A stretch of DNA of 64,000 nucleotides. It comes from Acholeplasmataceae bacterium (GTDB lineage: Bacteria; Bacillota_I; Bacilli_A; Acholeplasmatales; Acholeplasmataceae). The position numbers and the translations under genes are program-made. The notes under the pieces were generated by a model. The model saw only the letters and a list, made by a program, of their open reading frames with translations, was not told where the DNA came from and did no database searches. The DNA lies in the NCBI GenBank assembly GCA_963667565.1, contig OY763415.1, positions 1,120,001-1,184,000 on the forward strand, given 5' to 3'. The first letter of the stretch is position 1. The number at the start of each line of letters is the position of its first letter. This document shows positions 31,712 through 42,332 of this stretch, one piece after another.

Positions 31712-32725
31712 TTATTTGATTAAGCTTGCTAATTTTGTAACAGTTCTGATTAATTGGCTAGTATAACTCATTTCATTGTCATACCATGACATAACCTTAA
31801 CGAAGCATTTTCCATCAACGTTCATAACTTGTGTACAGTTAGCATCTAATAATGAACCATAACTTGAACCAATAACATCGCTTGATACAATTGGATCTGT
31901 TACATAAGCCATAGTTTCGTTAGCAGCAGCTTTGAATGCAGCATTGATTTCATCTTTAGTTGCAGGATTTTTGATTTCTACTGTTAAGTCTACGATTGAA
32001 CCTGTAACTGTTGGAACGCGAAGTGCAGTACCATCTAATTTACCTTTTAATTGTGGTAATACTAAACCGATTGCTTTTGCAGCACCCGTTGATGCTGGAA
32101 CGATATTTGCAGCAGCATTACGTCCTCTTCTTGAGTAAATACCTTTTTTATGTGGTTGATCTTGAAGTGATTGATCAGCTGTGTAAGCATGAACAGTTGT
32201 CATGAAACCAGCAGCAATACCAAATTTATCATCTAATACTTTAGCAACAGGTGCTAAACAGTTTGTTGTACATGAAGCACCACTTAAGATATCTTCATCT
32301 CCATTTAAAGTGTCATCGTTAACATTGTAAACGATAGTTTTAACATTTCCACTTGCAGGTGCTGAAATAACAACTTTCTTAGCACCAGCTTCTAAATGCC
32401 AACCAGCTTTAACTTCATCAGTAAAGAAACCAGTACATTCTAATACTACATCTACTTCTAAAGCTTTCCATGGTAAGTTTTTAGGATCTTTTTCACTGAA
32501 GATAGGAATTTTTTTACCATCTACAATAAGATCAGTTCCTTCAAATGAAACACCATCCACTTTGAAGTTACCTTGTGCTGTATCATACTTTAATAAGTAT
32601 GCTAGAGTTTCTGCATCTGTTAAATCGTTAACAGCTACAACATCAAATTTTTTGTCATCTGCTAATAAGCGATATGCAAGACGACCAATACGGCCAAAAC
32701 CGTTAATTGCTACTTTAATAGCCAT
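31712..32725 (-). CDS. gap: glyceraldehyde-3-phosphate dehydrogenase
   Basis: [24 protein letters not shown]. Confidence 0.98.
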   Translation of the reverse strand: MAIKVAINGFGRIGRLAYRLLADDKKFDVVAVNDLTDAETLAYLLKYDTAQGNFKVDGVSFEGTDLIVDGKKIPIFSEKDPKNLPWKALEVDVVLECTGFFTDEVKAGWHLEAGAKKVVISAPASGNVKTIVYNVNDDTLNGDEDILSGASCTTNCLAPVAKVLDDKFGIAAGFMTTVHAYTADQSLQDQPHKKGIYSRRGRNAAANIVPASTGAAKAIGLVLPQLKGKLDGTALRVPTVTGSIVDLTVEIKNPATKDEINAAFKAAANETMAYVTDPIVSSDVIGSSYGSLLDANCTQVMNVDGKCFVKVMSWYDNEMSYTSQLIRTVTKLASLIK

Positions 32726-32819
32726 AATTTTTAATTCCTCCTTGAATAGATTAATTCTTCCATATATATTCTATCATTTTTAATTATAATTACAAATATT
32801 ATGGAACATTGTGTTATGA

Positions 32820-32833
32820 TGTAAACGTTTTTC
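32820..32833. promoter_or_regulatory. cre-like (CcpA) site in the gap / CYTH divergent region
   Basis: TGTAAACGTTTTTC vs consensus TGWAARCGYTWNCW. Confidence 0.55.
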
Positions 32834-32905
32834 CTTTAATTTCATTTCAACTTTTGATATAATAATTAAGGAAAGTGAAATTATCTTTTTAAAAGGAGTA
32901 TTTTC

Positions 32906-33460
32906 ATGACAAAGAACATTGAAATCGAGTTCAAAACAGTTATATCTGAAAATAAGTATTTTGAGTTATTAGAATTATTCAATTTAGAGAATAATATTTT
33001 TAAACAAGTCAATCATTATTTTGATACAAATACTTTTGATTTGAATGCTAAATCAATCGTTTTACGTATTAGACAAAAAGGTGATTATAGATTTAAAGTG
33101 ACTTTAAAATCTCAAGGTGAAAAAGAAAATTATGAAAATCATGTGATTTTATCACCTGATCAAGCACATGATATGTTAGAAAAAGGATTTAACACTCAAG
33201 ACTTTTTCGATAATATTGATAACCACTTTGTATTATTTAAAGTGAGTTTGGATAATTTTAGAGTTTCGATTCCATATGAAAATGGCACATTATTCTTTGA
33301 TCGTTGTGATTATTGTGGAACAACTGATTATGAGATTGAGTATGAAGCAAGTAATTATGATGAAGGGAAACTCATTTTCGACCGTTTTTTAAAGGAACAA
33401 AACATTGAATTTGTTCCTACAAAAAGAAAAAGCGAACGCGCATTTACATGTAAAAGATGA
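32906..33460 (+). CDS. CYTH domain protein (YjbK-like)
   Basis: N-terminal EIEFK, Q.NHYFDT, LRIR, DYEIEYE, KSERA. Confidence 0.9.
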   Translation: MTKNIEIEFKTVISENKYFELLELFNLENNIFKQVNHYFDTNTFDLNAKSIVLRIRQKGDYRFKVTLKSQGEKENYENHVILSPDQAHDMLEKGFNTQDFFDNIDNHFVLFKVSLDNFRVSIPYENGTLFFDRCDYCGTTDYEIEYEASNYDEGKLIFDRFLKEQNIEFVPTKRKSERAFTCKR

Positions 33461-33544
33461 TGAAAATCATCTTTTTTTATATATAATTGACATTTTTTGG
33501 CATTATCACTATAATAAGATATAAGAAGTAATACGGAGGAAAAA

Positions 33545-33946
33545 ATGAAAGAACGCAATTTGTTAGTATTCATTGCTGCTCTTGTCGCAAGCATATTATT
33601 AGTCGTTTCAATCGGACTTAAATTTTTTGACTGGTTCGATGTAAATGATTATGGATTATATGCTTCAATTCCAACTACGTTCTACATTGTACCAGTGGCA
33701 GTTCTCTGGTTAGGATGGTTTTTGGATGACCTTAAGTCAGTTGTTGTTGCAAGCGTACTTATGACAGTGAACCTATATTTTCACTTAAATCATATCAGTA
33801 TCTTAAATGGAGCACCAATTATTGTTTCATCTTATGCACCAGCAGTTAAAACAGCTTATGTTTTAAATTTAGTTCTAATGGTTGCTACAATCATTTTAGG
33901 ATTTGTATCTTACTATTTACCAAAATTTAAAAAAGCTGACGCTTAA
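33545..33946 (+). CDS. hypothetical membrane protein (about 4 TM)
   Basis: 133-aa hydrophobic ORF with GGAGG RBS and TTGACA-17-TATAAT promoter just upstream. Confidence 0.75.
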   Translation: MKERNLLVFIAALVASILLVVSIGLKFFDWFDVNDYGLYASIPTTFYIVPVAVLWLGWFLDDLKSVVVASVLMTVNLYFHLNHISILNGAPIIVSSYAPAVKTAYVLNLVLMVATIILGFVSYYLPKFKKADA

Positions 33947-33961
33947 TCAAGCAATGGGAAT

Positions 33962-33990
33962 AAAAAAAGCCATATGATATGGCTTTTTTT
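33962..33990. terminator. bidirectional intrinsic terminator
   Basis: AAAAAAAGCCATA-tga-TATGGCTTTTTTT between convergent genes. Confidence 0.8.
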
Positions 33991-33991
33991 A

Positions 33992-34456
33992 TTATGAATG
34001 AGATTGTTGTTTATCTTTTATTTCTGCGAAATATTGCTTCAATATTGATTGATAATCACAATGATCGCCATTTGGACAATTTTCACACATGATCAATTCT
34101 CTAAGTCTTCTTGGAATAAATACACGTATTTCTTCATCATTGTAACCAACTTGTAATTTTTCACCATCAATGATAATTGGTCTTTTTAACACACTAGGGT
34201 TGTCTAAAATAAATGATTTTAATTCACTTATTCTCATATCATCTATATCTAAATCTTGTTCTTTAAAGATTTTAGAACGGGTTGATATGATATCTTCGAA
34301 TCCATTTTCAGCATGTTCTAACATGTGATCAATATCTTCTTCAGTGATACGTTGATTGAAAAGATTCTTTTCTTCATATTGAATCTTATGATCATCAAGC
34401 CACTTTTTCGCTTTCCGACAAGACGAACAACTTGGTGTTGTATATATTGTAATCAT
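33992..34456 (-). CDS. spx: Spx/MgsR family RNA polymerase-binding regulator
   Basis: TPSCSSCRKAK, IISTRS, LKRPII, QVGYNDEEIR.FIPR. Confidence 0.92.
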   Translation of the reverse strand: MITIYTTPSCSSCRKAKKWLDDHKIQYEEKNLFNQRITEEDIDHMLEHAENGFEDIISTRSKIFKEQDLDIDDMRISELKSFILDNPSVLKRPIIIDGEKLQVGYNDEEIRVFIPRRLRELIMCENCPNGDHCDYQSILKQYFAEIKDKQQSHS

Positions 34457-34550
34457 TGTCTTCCTCCTTCTGGAGCATAGGTATTAGCCTATAGCACTTT
34501 GTGTTCTTGCATGGTTAATTATATAATTATTTAGAATATTTTTCAAGTAG

Positions 34551-34564
34551 TGAAAACGTTTTAC
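34551..34564. promoter_or_regulatory. cre-like (CcpA) site between spx and pepF
   Basis: TGAAAACGTTTTAC. Confidence 0.55.
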
Positions 34565-34670
34565 GTATGTTTTAATATAATTTCACAAAACAATTAACCT
34601 TTATATTTTTATTAATTTGCGATATAATGTTAATAATATCAAAGTCATACATAGAAAAGAGGATTTTAAC

Positions 34671-36434
34671 ATGTCTAAATGGGATTTATCACCTTTTTAT
34701 CCAAGTATTGAAGCTTGGGAAGAAGATATCAAAAAATTGCCTGCAATGATTGATGAAATGGCTGATTTTAAAGGTAAATTATCAGATTTCGAATCATTTA
34801 AATTATTTCATCAAAAAGATGAAGCATTAACAAAGTTTATTTATCGTCTTTATGGTTATATTCATTTATCAAGTGATCTTAACTTAAAAGATCAAGATAA
34901 AGCTGCTAAAAACCAACAAATGATGATCATGTTTTCTGACTTAGGTCAAAAAACATCATTCGTTTCTCCTGAATTCATCGCGATTGGTGAAGAAAAAATT
35001 ATGTCATTCATTGATAAAGATGAAGCATTAAAACCTTATAAATTTGGATTCCAAAAATTATTCCTTCAACAATCTCATGTTTTAAGTGATGACAAGGAAA
35101 AATTATTATCTAATTATAGTGGTATTCGTTCTATTCCTTCTGCTTTATACCAAGGTTTAGCGATTATTGACGCAATAGATGAAACAATCATATTATCTGA
35201 TGGTAGTGAAAAAACAGTCACTTTATCAAATTATCGCTCACTTATTCCTGAAGTTCCAACTGCTGAAGATAGACAAAAAGTTTTTGAAGCAGCATTTAAA
35301 CGTTATAAAACACATAAGGCTACATTTGCTGCTACTTATAATTTAGTTCTTCAAAACTTAAAAGCAAGTTACAAATCAAGAGATTTCAATTCTGCTGTTG
35401 AAGCTGCATTATTTAGAAATAACATCCCTGTAGAAGTGTATAAAAACCTAATGGATGTTGCTTATGAAAGTAACGAATCTATTAAGCGTTATATTAACTT
35501 ACGCAAAAAACATTTAAACCTTGAAACATATCATACATATGATCGTTTCTTAACACTCGTTAAAGATGATACAAAATATGATTATGAAACATCAAAAGCA
35601 TTATGGTTTAAAGCATTAGAAGGTATGGATCCTGAATTTGTTAATCAACAACATGTCGCTTTAGAAAATGGTTATGTTGATGTATTACCTGGTGATGGTA
35701 AACGTACTGGTGCTTATTCTTCTGGTTTATATGGTTTCCATCCATACATCTTACTTAATCATGATAACACGCTTGATTCAGTCTTTACATTAGCACACGA
35801 ATGTGGTCATAGTGCACACACACTATTCTCAAGTGGTAACCAACCTATGGCAACTGCGGATTATACAATCTTTGTTGCTGAAGTTGCATCAACATTCAAT
35901 GAACATATCTTGTTAGATTATTTAGTTAAAAATGCAAGTACAAAAGAACAAAGAATTGCTTTACTAGAAAAAGCCATTGATGGATTTATGGGTACATTCT
36001 TTAGACAAACATTATTTGCTACTTATGAATATAAAGCAAATGAACTCGTTGAAAAAGGTATGCCTATTACAGATCAATCTCTATCAAAAATCATGATAGA
36101 TTTATATAAACATTATTATGATTTAGATATTGAATCTGAAAATGGTAAAGAATATGTTTGGGCTTATATTCCTCATTTATTCCACACACCATTTTATGTA
36201 TATCAATATGCTACTTCTTATAGTGCTTCATTAAAATTATATGAAGATGTTTCAAATCATGTAGAAGGTGCAATGGATAAATATAAAGCACTTCTTAAAT
36301 CTGGTGGTAGTGATTACCCAGTTTCACAAGTTGCTGCTGCAGGTGCAGACTTAACAGATAAAGAAACATTTAGAGCTGTGACTAAACGATTTAATTCATT
36401 AATTGATCAATTAGAAAAAGCGCTTGAAGAATAA
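34671..36434 (+). CDS. pepF: oligoendopeptidase F (M3B)
   Basis: WDL, GKRTGAYS, HPYILLN, TLAHECGHS, FVAEVAS, HLFH.PFYVYQYA; ATG at 34671 after AGAGGA. Confidence 0.95.
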   Translation: MSKWDLSPFYPSIEAWEEDIKKLPAMIDEMADFKGKLSDFESFKLFHQKDEALTKFIYRLYGYIHLSSDLNLKDQDKAAKNQQMMIMFSDLGQKTSFVSPEFIAIGEEKIMSFIDKDEALKPYKFGFQKLFLQQSHVLSDDKEKLLSNYSGIRSIPSALYQGLAIIDAIDETIILSDGSEKTVTLSNYRSLIPEVPTAEDRQKVFEAAFKRYKTHKATFAATYNLVLQNLKASYKSRDFNSAVEAALFRNNIPVEVYKNLMDVAYESNESIKRYINLRKKHLNLETYHTYDRFLTLVKDDTKYDYETSKALWFKALEGMDPEFVNQQHVALENGYVDVLPGDGKRTGAYSSGLYGFHPYILLNHDNTLDSVFTLAHECGHSAHTLFSSGNQPMATADYTIFVAEVASTFNEHILLDYLVKNASTKEQRIALLEKAIDGFMGTFFRQTLFATYEYKANELVEKGMPITDQSLSKIMIDLYKHYYDLDIESENGKEYVWAYIPHLFHTPFYVYQYATSYSASLKLYEDVSNHVEGAMDKYKALLKSGGSDYPVSQVAAAGADLTDKETFRAVTKRFNSLIDQLEKALEE

Positions 36435-36456
36435 TTTGTTTTAAAGTATAATTAAA

Positions 36457-36659
36457 TTGCGATGATAAGAAAAAAGTAGTTTGCATAAAGCAAGTTTAGA
36501 GAGCTGGGATGGTGAAATCCAGTATTGTGGTTGCATATGAATGGATTCTTGGAGCATAAAGTATGTCGGCTATAACGACTTAAGAGGGCTAGTATTTTAC
36601 TAGAACTAAGGTGGTACCGCGATCAATCGTCCTTAGATATTTTATCTAGGGACTTTTTT
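36457..36659 (+). ncRNA. T-box riboswitch (Trp specifier UGG at 36542-36544)
   Basis: AGAGAGCUG and GGUGAAA motifs, GAA-UGG specifier, AAGGUGGUACCGCG T-box, terminator GUCCUUAGAUA/UAUCUAGGGAC + U-run. Confidence 0.93.
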
Positions 36660-36674
36660 ATTAGGAGAGTATTT

Positions 36675-37673
36675 ATGAAAAGACTTGTATCAGGCATTAA
36701 GCCAACAGGACAATTAACACTTGGTAATTATATAGGTGCAATTAAACAATTTGTTGCATTACAAGATGAATTAGAGGATACAGAATTCTTTATTTTTATT
36801 GCTGACCTACATGCAATCACAACACCACAAAATAGACAAGAACTAAAGAAAAATATTAAATCGGTTGCTGCACTTTATATGGCATGTGGACTAGATCCAA
36901 ACAAAGTCAATCTATTTATTCAATCCGAAGTTCAAGAACATGCACAATTAGGATATGTGATGGAATCAACTGCTTATATTGGTGAAATGGAACGTATGAC
37001 ACAATACAAAGATAAAAAAGGTAAACAAGTTGAAGGTATTAGAACTTCTCTTCTTACCTACCCCGCTTTAATGGCTGCAGATATTTTAATATATGATGCG
37101 GATATTGTCCCCATTGGAGACGATCAAAAACAACATCTAGAATTGACTAGAAATTTGGCACAAAGATTTAATAACATGTATGGTGACACTTTTGTTGTTC
37201 CTGAAGGATTTTATCCAAAGACAGGAGCAAGAATAAAATCATTAACTGAACCTACGAAAAAGATGGATAAATCTGCAGATAATCCAAAATCTTATATTTT
37301 ATTATTAGATGATTTAAATCAAATTAAAAATAAGATTAAAAGCGCAGTCACTGATTCTGATGGAATCATTAAATATGATTTAAAACAAAAACCTGGTATT
37401 TCAAATCTACTCACCATTTATGCATCACTTACCAATCGATCAATTAAAGATATTGAAAAACAGTATCAAGATTCCAATTATCAAACATTTAAAGCTGATC
37501 TAGCAGAAATTGTTGTAGATGCGATAAGACCTATTCAAGAAAAATATAAAAGTATCATTGACTCGAAAGAGCTTGATGATGCACTTGATAAGGGTAGAGA
37601 TCAAGCCTCTTTTATTACGAGAAGAAAATTATCCAAAGTATACAAACGCCTTGGATTAGGAAGAATAAAATAA
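36675..37673 (+). CDS. trpS: tryptophanyl-tRNA synthetase
   Basis: SGIKPTG.LTLGNYIGA, YPALMAADIL, DQKQHLEL, KMDKS. Confidence 0.97.
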   Translation: MKRLVSGIKPTGQLTLGNYIGAIKQFVALQDELEDTEFFIFIADLHAITTPQNRQELKKNIKSVAALYMACGLDPNKVNLFIQSEVQEHAQLGYVMESTAYIGEMERMTQYKDKKGKQVEGIRTSLLTYPALMAADILIYDADIVPIGDDQKQHLELTRNLAQRFNNMYGDTFVVPEGFYPKTGARIKSLTEPTKKMDKSADNPKSYILLLDDLNQIKNKIKSAVTDSDGIIKYDLKQKPGISNLLTIYASLTNRSIKDIEKQYQDSNYQTFKADLAEIVVDAIRPIQEKYKSIIDSKELDDALDKGRDQASFITRRKLSKVYKRLGLGRIK

Positions 37674-37676
37674 TAT

Positions 37677-37708
37677 AAAAAAAGCTAAGTATGAGAACTT
37701 AGCTTTTT
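37677..37708. terminator. bidirectional intrinsic terminator
   Basis: AAAAAAAGCTAAGT...ACTTAGCTTTTT between trpS and the convergent lipid kinase gene. Confidence 0.75.
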
Positions 37709-38549
37709 ATTTTGTGGATTCGATATCAATGATTTGAATATTTGATTTGGGCTCACCATCAACTTGCATATAAGTTGGTTCATCAAATTCAATATGAAAC
37801 TTCTGACCGACATATATATCTACAAATTTCTTAAAAATGACATGACCTCCAAAATAAATGGTAGGAAAAATGAGGAATAATAAAAATTTAGGAATGTTTT
37901 TAATGACCAATAAATGAAGATTGTCTTCATCCCTAATCGCTTTGGGTGCCATGTTCATGCCGCCACCTTGAAATGGTGCATTCATTGCACAAACAAACCA
38001 AATTTTATCTTCTTTGTGTGTTTCTCCATCTACAGTGAAACTACCTTTTAAAGCATGAAATTTTTTAAATCCTTCTAATGCATGTCTAAAATAATTAAAC
38101 TTATTCTTTTTATACTTAGAGTTTGATACTAAATGAATAACAAATCCATCAAGTCCTAATCCAGCACCATTAAGAAAATGTTTAGTTTTTCCTTCATAGC
38201 TTATCGTAGGTAATTTTTGCAAATAAGGCTTAATATGTACAACTTTTTCTTTTGATTTTAAACTTCTAATAAAATCATTACCTGTCCCAGCTTGATACAT
38301 GTAGAGTTCTTGAGGATATGAAAGACCATAAATACGATTTGCTAATCGATGCAACGTTCCATCGCCACCGACTAATATAACTCTATCTTTAGGATCTAGT
38401 GCTTGCACAAACGCTTCGACACTTTCGATATCTAAAATATTATATTTAGTAACTTCTTTACCTTGCTTTTCTAAATGCTTTTCGATTTTATCAATAAATT
38501 TTGGATCATTTCCATTTCTTGATAACGGATTATATAATAATATATCCAT
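37707..38549 (-). CDS. diacylglycerol/lipid kinase family protein (DagK/YegS-like)
   Basis: YNPLS, GGDGT, AGTGNDF, G.GLDG, GGG, QVDGE. Confidence 0.9.
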   Translation of the reverse strand: MDILLYNPLSRNGNDPKFIDKIEKHLEKQGKEVTKYNILDIESVEAFVQALDPKDRVILVGGDGTLHRLANRIYGLSYPQELYMYQAGTGNDFIRSLKSKEKVVHIKPYLQKLPTISYEGKTKHFLNGAGLGLDGFVIHLVSNSKYKKNKFNYFRHALEGFKKFHALKGSFTVDGETHKEDKIWFVCAMNAPFQGGGMNMAPKAIRDEDNLHLLVIKNIPKFLLFLIFPTIYFGGHVIFKKFVDIYVGQKFHIEFDEPTYMQVDGEPKSNIQIIDIESTK

Positions 38550-38561
38550 AAGCCCACCTTC

Positions 38562-39806
38562 TTACACAAATTTTAAAATTGCGTATTTCTTTTTACCTCT
38601 TCTTAAAACAACATATTGATCATGAATAGTTAAATCTTTTGTGACTAAGAGATCTAAATCACTTACTTTTTCTTCGTTTAATGAAATCGCACCGTTTTGT
38701 AAAAATTCTCTTGCTTCTCTTTTTGATTGAGCAAGTTTTGCATCAATTAAACAATCAAGTATTGGTTTTTGTTCGACTAATTCTACTGTATCTAAAGTTT
38801 TTGCCAACATAAGAAACTCATTTTTATTTAAACTATTAAGTGATCCATTAAAAAGGGCTTCAGTAACTCTAATCGCTTCATCAAGCGCACTTTGTCCATG
38901 GACAAGTTTAACAACTTCTGATGCAATCACTTTTTGAGCAGCTCTTAAATGTGGTTCTAGAACAGATTGTTTTTCCAATGCTTCGATTGTTTCTTTATCT
39001 AGAAGCGTTAGTGTTCTTAAATAATTAGAAACATCTTTATCTGATGCGTTAACAAAATATTGATATAATTCGTAAGGTGATGTGAGTGTTTGATCAATCC
39101 ATAATGCACCTGATTCACTTTTTCCGAATTTGGTTCCATCAGCTTTTAATAACAACGGTGAACTAAGTCCAACTGCATCATTTTTATCGCCTTCTGTTTT
39201 TCTTATAAGCTCTAACCCAGAGGTGATATTACCCCATTGGTCAGATCCACCAAATTGAATTTTACAATCCATTGAACGATACAATTCTAAAAAATCGATA
39301 GCTTGAATAATCATATATGAGAATTCCGTGTAAGAAATCCCAATATCAAGTCTTCTTTGAACTGTATCTTTTGCTAACATATAATTAATATTAAAGTTTT
39401 TTCCAAAGTCTCTTAAAAAAGAGATGGTATCAATATTTTTAATCCAATCATAATTGTTAACATAAATAACATTTTCTTGTCCCAAAAAATAGGATAATTG
39501 ATTTTTAATTTTTTCTGCATTTGCTAATGATTCTTCAAGTGTTAATAGTTTTCTTTCACTTGTTTGTTTTGGGTCACCAATAAGTCCAGTTGCACCACCA
39601 ATTAATGCAATTGGTGTATGTCCATATTTTTGTAAAAGTAACATTCTGACTATTTGAACCAAATGCCCTACAGTTAAAGATTCTCCTGTTGGATCAAATC
39701 CACAGTAAAATTTAACCTTATCATCGTTTAAGTGTTTAATTGCTTTTTCTTCGTCGCTGACATCTTTGATCATGCCACGCCATATTAAATCATCATATAA
39801 TTTCAT
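38562..39806 (-). CDS. tyrS: tyrosyl-tRNA synthetase
   Basis: [38 protein letters not shown]-terminal S4 domain. Confidence 0.97.
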   Translation of the reverse strand: MKLYDDLIWRGMIKDVSDEEKAIKHLNDDKVKFYCGFDPTGESLTVGHLVQIVRMLLLQKYGHTPIALIGGATGLIGDPKQTSERKLLTLEESLANAEKIKNQLSYFLGQENVIYVNNYDWIKNIDTISFLRDFGKNFNINYMLAKDTVQRRLDIGISYTEFSYMIIQAIDFLELYRSMDCKIQFGGSDQWGNITSGLELIRKTEGDKNDAVGLSSPLLLKADGTKFGKSESGALWIDQTLTSPYELYQYFVNASDKDVSNYLRTLTLLDKETIEALEKQSVLEPHLRAAQKVIASEVVKLVHGQSALDEAIRVTEALFNGSLNSLNKNEFLMLAKTLDTVELVEQKPILDCLIDAKLAQSKREAREFLQNGAISLNEEKVSDLDLLVTKDLTIHDQYVVLRRGKKKYAILKFV

Positions 39807-39823
39807 ATTGTTTTCCTCTCTAA

Positions 39824-40013
39824 ATAAAAATCGTCCTTAAAAAAATCTAAGGACGAATCATCGCGGTACCACCTTAGTTCTAGTAAAATACTAGCCCTCA
39901 TGTTTTTTTAGTAATCTCCATTATTGTAATTCAAAATGAACCTTCTTTTCATGTTACACCCTCATGAAATCTCTATATTAGGTTTATTCACTTTTACTTT
40001 GATAACTTCATAG
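39824..40013 (-). ncRNA. T-box riboswitch (Tyr specifier UAC at 39928-39926)
   Basis: AGAGA and GGUGUAA motifs, specifier UAC, AAGGUGGUACCGCG, terminator UCGUCCUUA/UAAGGACGA + U-run. Confidence 0.9.
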
Positions 40014-40018
40014 ATTGA

Positions 40019-41017
40019 TTAATTTTTAGTTGATTCTCTCTTAACAATGTAATGAGGTAAAATAATTCTAATATTATCTACATCTTTTGAGTTCATTAAC
40101 TTCGTTAATAATCTCATTGACACAGCACCTATATCATACACTGGCACATCGATTGATGTCAAGGTTGGTCTTGATAAAAGCGCATATTTTGTGTTTTGGA
40201 ATCCAGCAACATCTAAATCATTTGGTACACTGACTTTATGATCTCTTGCAATATTCATAAACGAAACAGCAATTGAATCTCTAACACCGATTGCACCATC
40301 AACTTTTTTATCAGCAAAGAATGTTGTAAAATGTTGACGATTAATATTTGTGTCACCACTTGTTCTAAAAATCTTAGGTTCTAAACCAACTTCTTGCATC
40401 GCTCTAATATATCCAGCTTCTTTTTTATCATTAACTGAATATCTTCTTGCTGTGCTTAATAAATAAATATCTTTTCTTTGGTTTTCAATCATGATCTTAG
40501 TCATTTCATAACCAGCTTTTTCATAATCAATTGAAACCATTGGGACTTGTTCATCATCAGAAACAACATTTGCAAAAACAAATGGAATTTGATTATCAAT
40601 AAATATTTTTTCTACTTCTTCAACACGGTTAGAACTTAATTCATCATTTAAGTATAGAACACCGTCAACTTGTTCAGCAACGATATCTTTTAATACATCC
40701 ATGACATCCATGTCTTCTCTTACAGAAAATAATTTAATTGAATATTTATAACTATGTGCAATATCACTAATACCGCCTAACATTTCTGCAACAGAAGCTC
40801 TTGTGACATCTGAAATCACAATACCTACAGTTGTAGTTTTACGACTTGCTAACCCTCTAGCGATGACATTTGGACGATAACCAAGCTCTTTAATCACTTT
40901 AAGAACTCTTTGTCTAGTGTCTTCTTTTACTTTTTCAGGGTTATTTAGTACTCTTGAAACAGTCGCAAGCGATACACCGGCAGCACCAGCAACATCATAT
41001 ATTGTCGCATTACTCAT
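40019..41017 (-). CDS. ccpA: catabolite control protein A (LacI family)
   Basis: TIYDVA..AGVSLATVSRV, YRPN.IARGLASRKTTTVG, YDIGAVSMRLLTKLMN, LPH.I..REST. Confidence 0.92.
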   Translation of the reverse strand: MSNATIYDVAGAAGVSLATVSRVLNNPEKVKEDTRQRVLKVIKELGYRPNVIARGLASRKTTTVGIVISDVTRASVAEMLGGISDIAHSYKYSIKLFSVREDMDVMDVLKDIVAEQVDGVLYLNDELSSNRVEEVEKIFIDNQIPFVFANVVSDDEQVPMVSIDYEKAGYEMTKIMIENQRKDIYLLSTARRYSVNDKKEAGYIRAMQEVGLEPKIFRTSGDTNINRQHFTTFFADKKVDGAIGVRDSIAVSFMNIARDHKVSVPNDLDVAGFQNTKYALLSRPTLTSIDVPVYDIGAVSMRLLTKLMNSKDVDNIRIILPHYIVKRESTKN

Positions 41018-41065
41018 GACATTCACCTCTACTATATTTAATATCAAAATTATTATACCAAATTA

Positions 41066-41102
41066 TGAAAAGGCTTTCAAGGGATTTATGAAAATATTTT
41101 CA
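41066..41102. promoter_or_regulatory. two cre-like palindromes at the ccpA promoter
   Basis: TGAAAAGGCTTTCA (41066-41079) and TGAAAATATTTTCA (41089-41102). Confidence 0.55.
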
Positions 41103-41145
41103 GAAAATTACAAAAAAATAAAGAGGCGTTTGCCTCTTTATCCAT

Positions 41146-41502
41146 TTATCGTTTTTCTTTGATTCTTGCTGCTTTCGCTGATAATGTACGGATGTAGTTA
41201 AGTTTAGCTCTTCTAACTTTACCTCTACGTTCAACATCGATATGATCGATTGCTGGTGAATGTAGTGGGAATGTTCTTTCTACACCAATACCATATGAAA
41301 CTTTACGAACTGTAAAAGTTTCAGAAATTCCGCCACCTTGTCTTTTGATAACAAGACCTTCAAATAACTGGATACGTTCTCTGCTACCTTCTACGATTTT
41401 AACGTAGACTTTCACAGTATCCCCAGGCATGAAAGCTGGAACTTCTTTGATATAAGATTTAGTAATCTCAGCGATTAATGCTTGCCCTTTAAGCTTTGAC
41501 AT
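41146..41502 (-). CDS. rplS: 50S ribosomal protein L19
   Basis: [43 protein letters not shown]. Confidence 0.97.
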   Translation of the reverse strand: MSKLKGQALIAEITKSYIKEVPAFMPGDTVKVYVKIVEGSRERIQLFEGLVIKRQGGGISETFTVRKVSYGIGVERTFPLHSPAIDHIDVERRGKVRRAKLNYIRTLSAKAARIKEKR

Positions 41503-41520
41503 ATTAGACTCACTCTCTTT

Positions 41521-41558
41521 CCTTCCAATGTTCTTGTTATCTACAGCGGACCATTGTG
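41521..41558 (-). ncRNA. ribosomal protein L19 leader
   Basis: CAAUGGUCCGCUGU...AAGAACAUUG hairpin before rplS, matching the Firmicutes L19 leader pattern. Confidence 0.7.
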
Positions 41559-41606
41559 TATTTATTACGGCTTTCTTATTATAACAAAGTTATAAATAAG
41601 TTGCAA

Positions 41607-42332
41607 CTATTTTTTCAATTCAGCTTTTACTTCAGCTAAAATAGTTTTCTCTTGTTCTGTTAAATCTATTTTTTCAATTAAATCTGGTCGTTTGAGATAG
41701 GTTGCTTTAATACTCTCTTTCTTTCGCCAATTTTCAATATTTTGGTGATGACCTGATTTTAAAATTTCTGGCACTTCATATCCTTTATATACATCTGGTT
41801 TCGTGTATTGTGGATATTTTAACCATCCATTTTGTAAACTATCTGTGTCTCTAGATTCATCGTCAATGACACCTGATAATAATCTTACAACTGCATCTGT
41901 TAAGATCATTGCAGGAATCTCTCCACCAGTTAAAATATAATCACCAATTGAGATTTCTTCATCTACAAATGCCATAACACGTGCATCTAAACCCTCATAA
42001 TGACCACACAATAAAATGATATGTTCATATGTGGCGTATGAGATCGCTTTTTTTTGATTGAACAATTGTCCTTGTGGTGATAAATAAATCACCTTTGACT
42101 GATCAGTCTTTAACTTGTTAATGATTTCATAAAAGGGTGGAAACTGCATAAGCATACCCGCGCCACCACCATATGGTGTATCATCGATATATTGATGCTT
42201 TCGATCACTATAATCTCTTAGTTGATGACATCTAATTTCAACATGCCCTTGTTCTTGTGCTCTTTTGACAATGGATGTTTCTAAAAATGATTCAAAAAAT
42301 TCAGGAAATATGGTGACAATATCAACAATCAT
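41607..42332 (-). CDS. trmD: tRNA (guanine37-N1)-methyltransferase
   Basis: DDTPYGGGAGM, SPQG, CGHYEG.D.R, SIGDY.LTGGE, PQYT. Confidence 0.97.
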   Translation of the reverse strand: MIVDIVTIFPEFFESFLETSIVKRAQEQGHVEIRCHQLRDYSDRKHQYIDDTPYGGGAGMLMQFPPFYEIINKLKTDQSKVIYLSPQGQLFNQKKAISYATYEHIILLCGHYEGLDARVMAFVDEEISIGDYILTGGEIPAMILTDAVVRLLSGVIDDESRDTDSLQNGWLKYPQYTKPDVYKGYEVPEILKSGHHQNIENWRKKESIKATYLKRPDLIEKIDLTEQEKTILAEVKAELKK

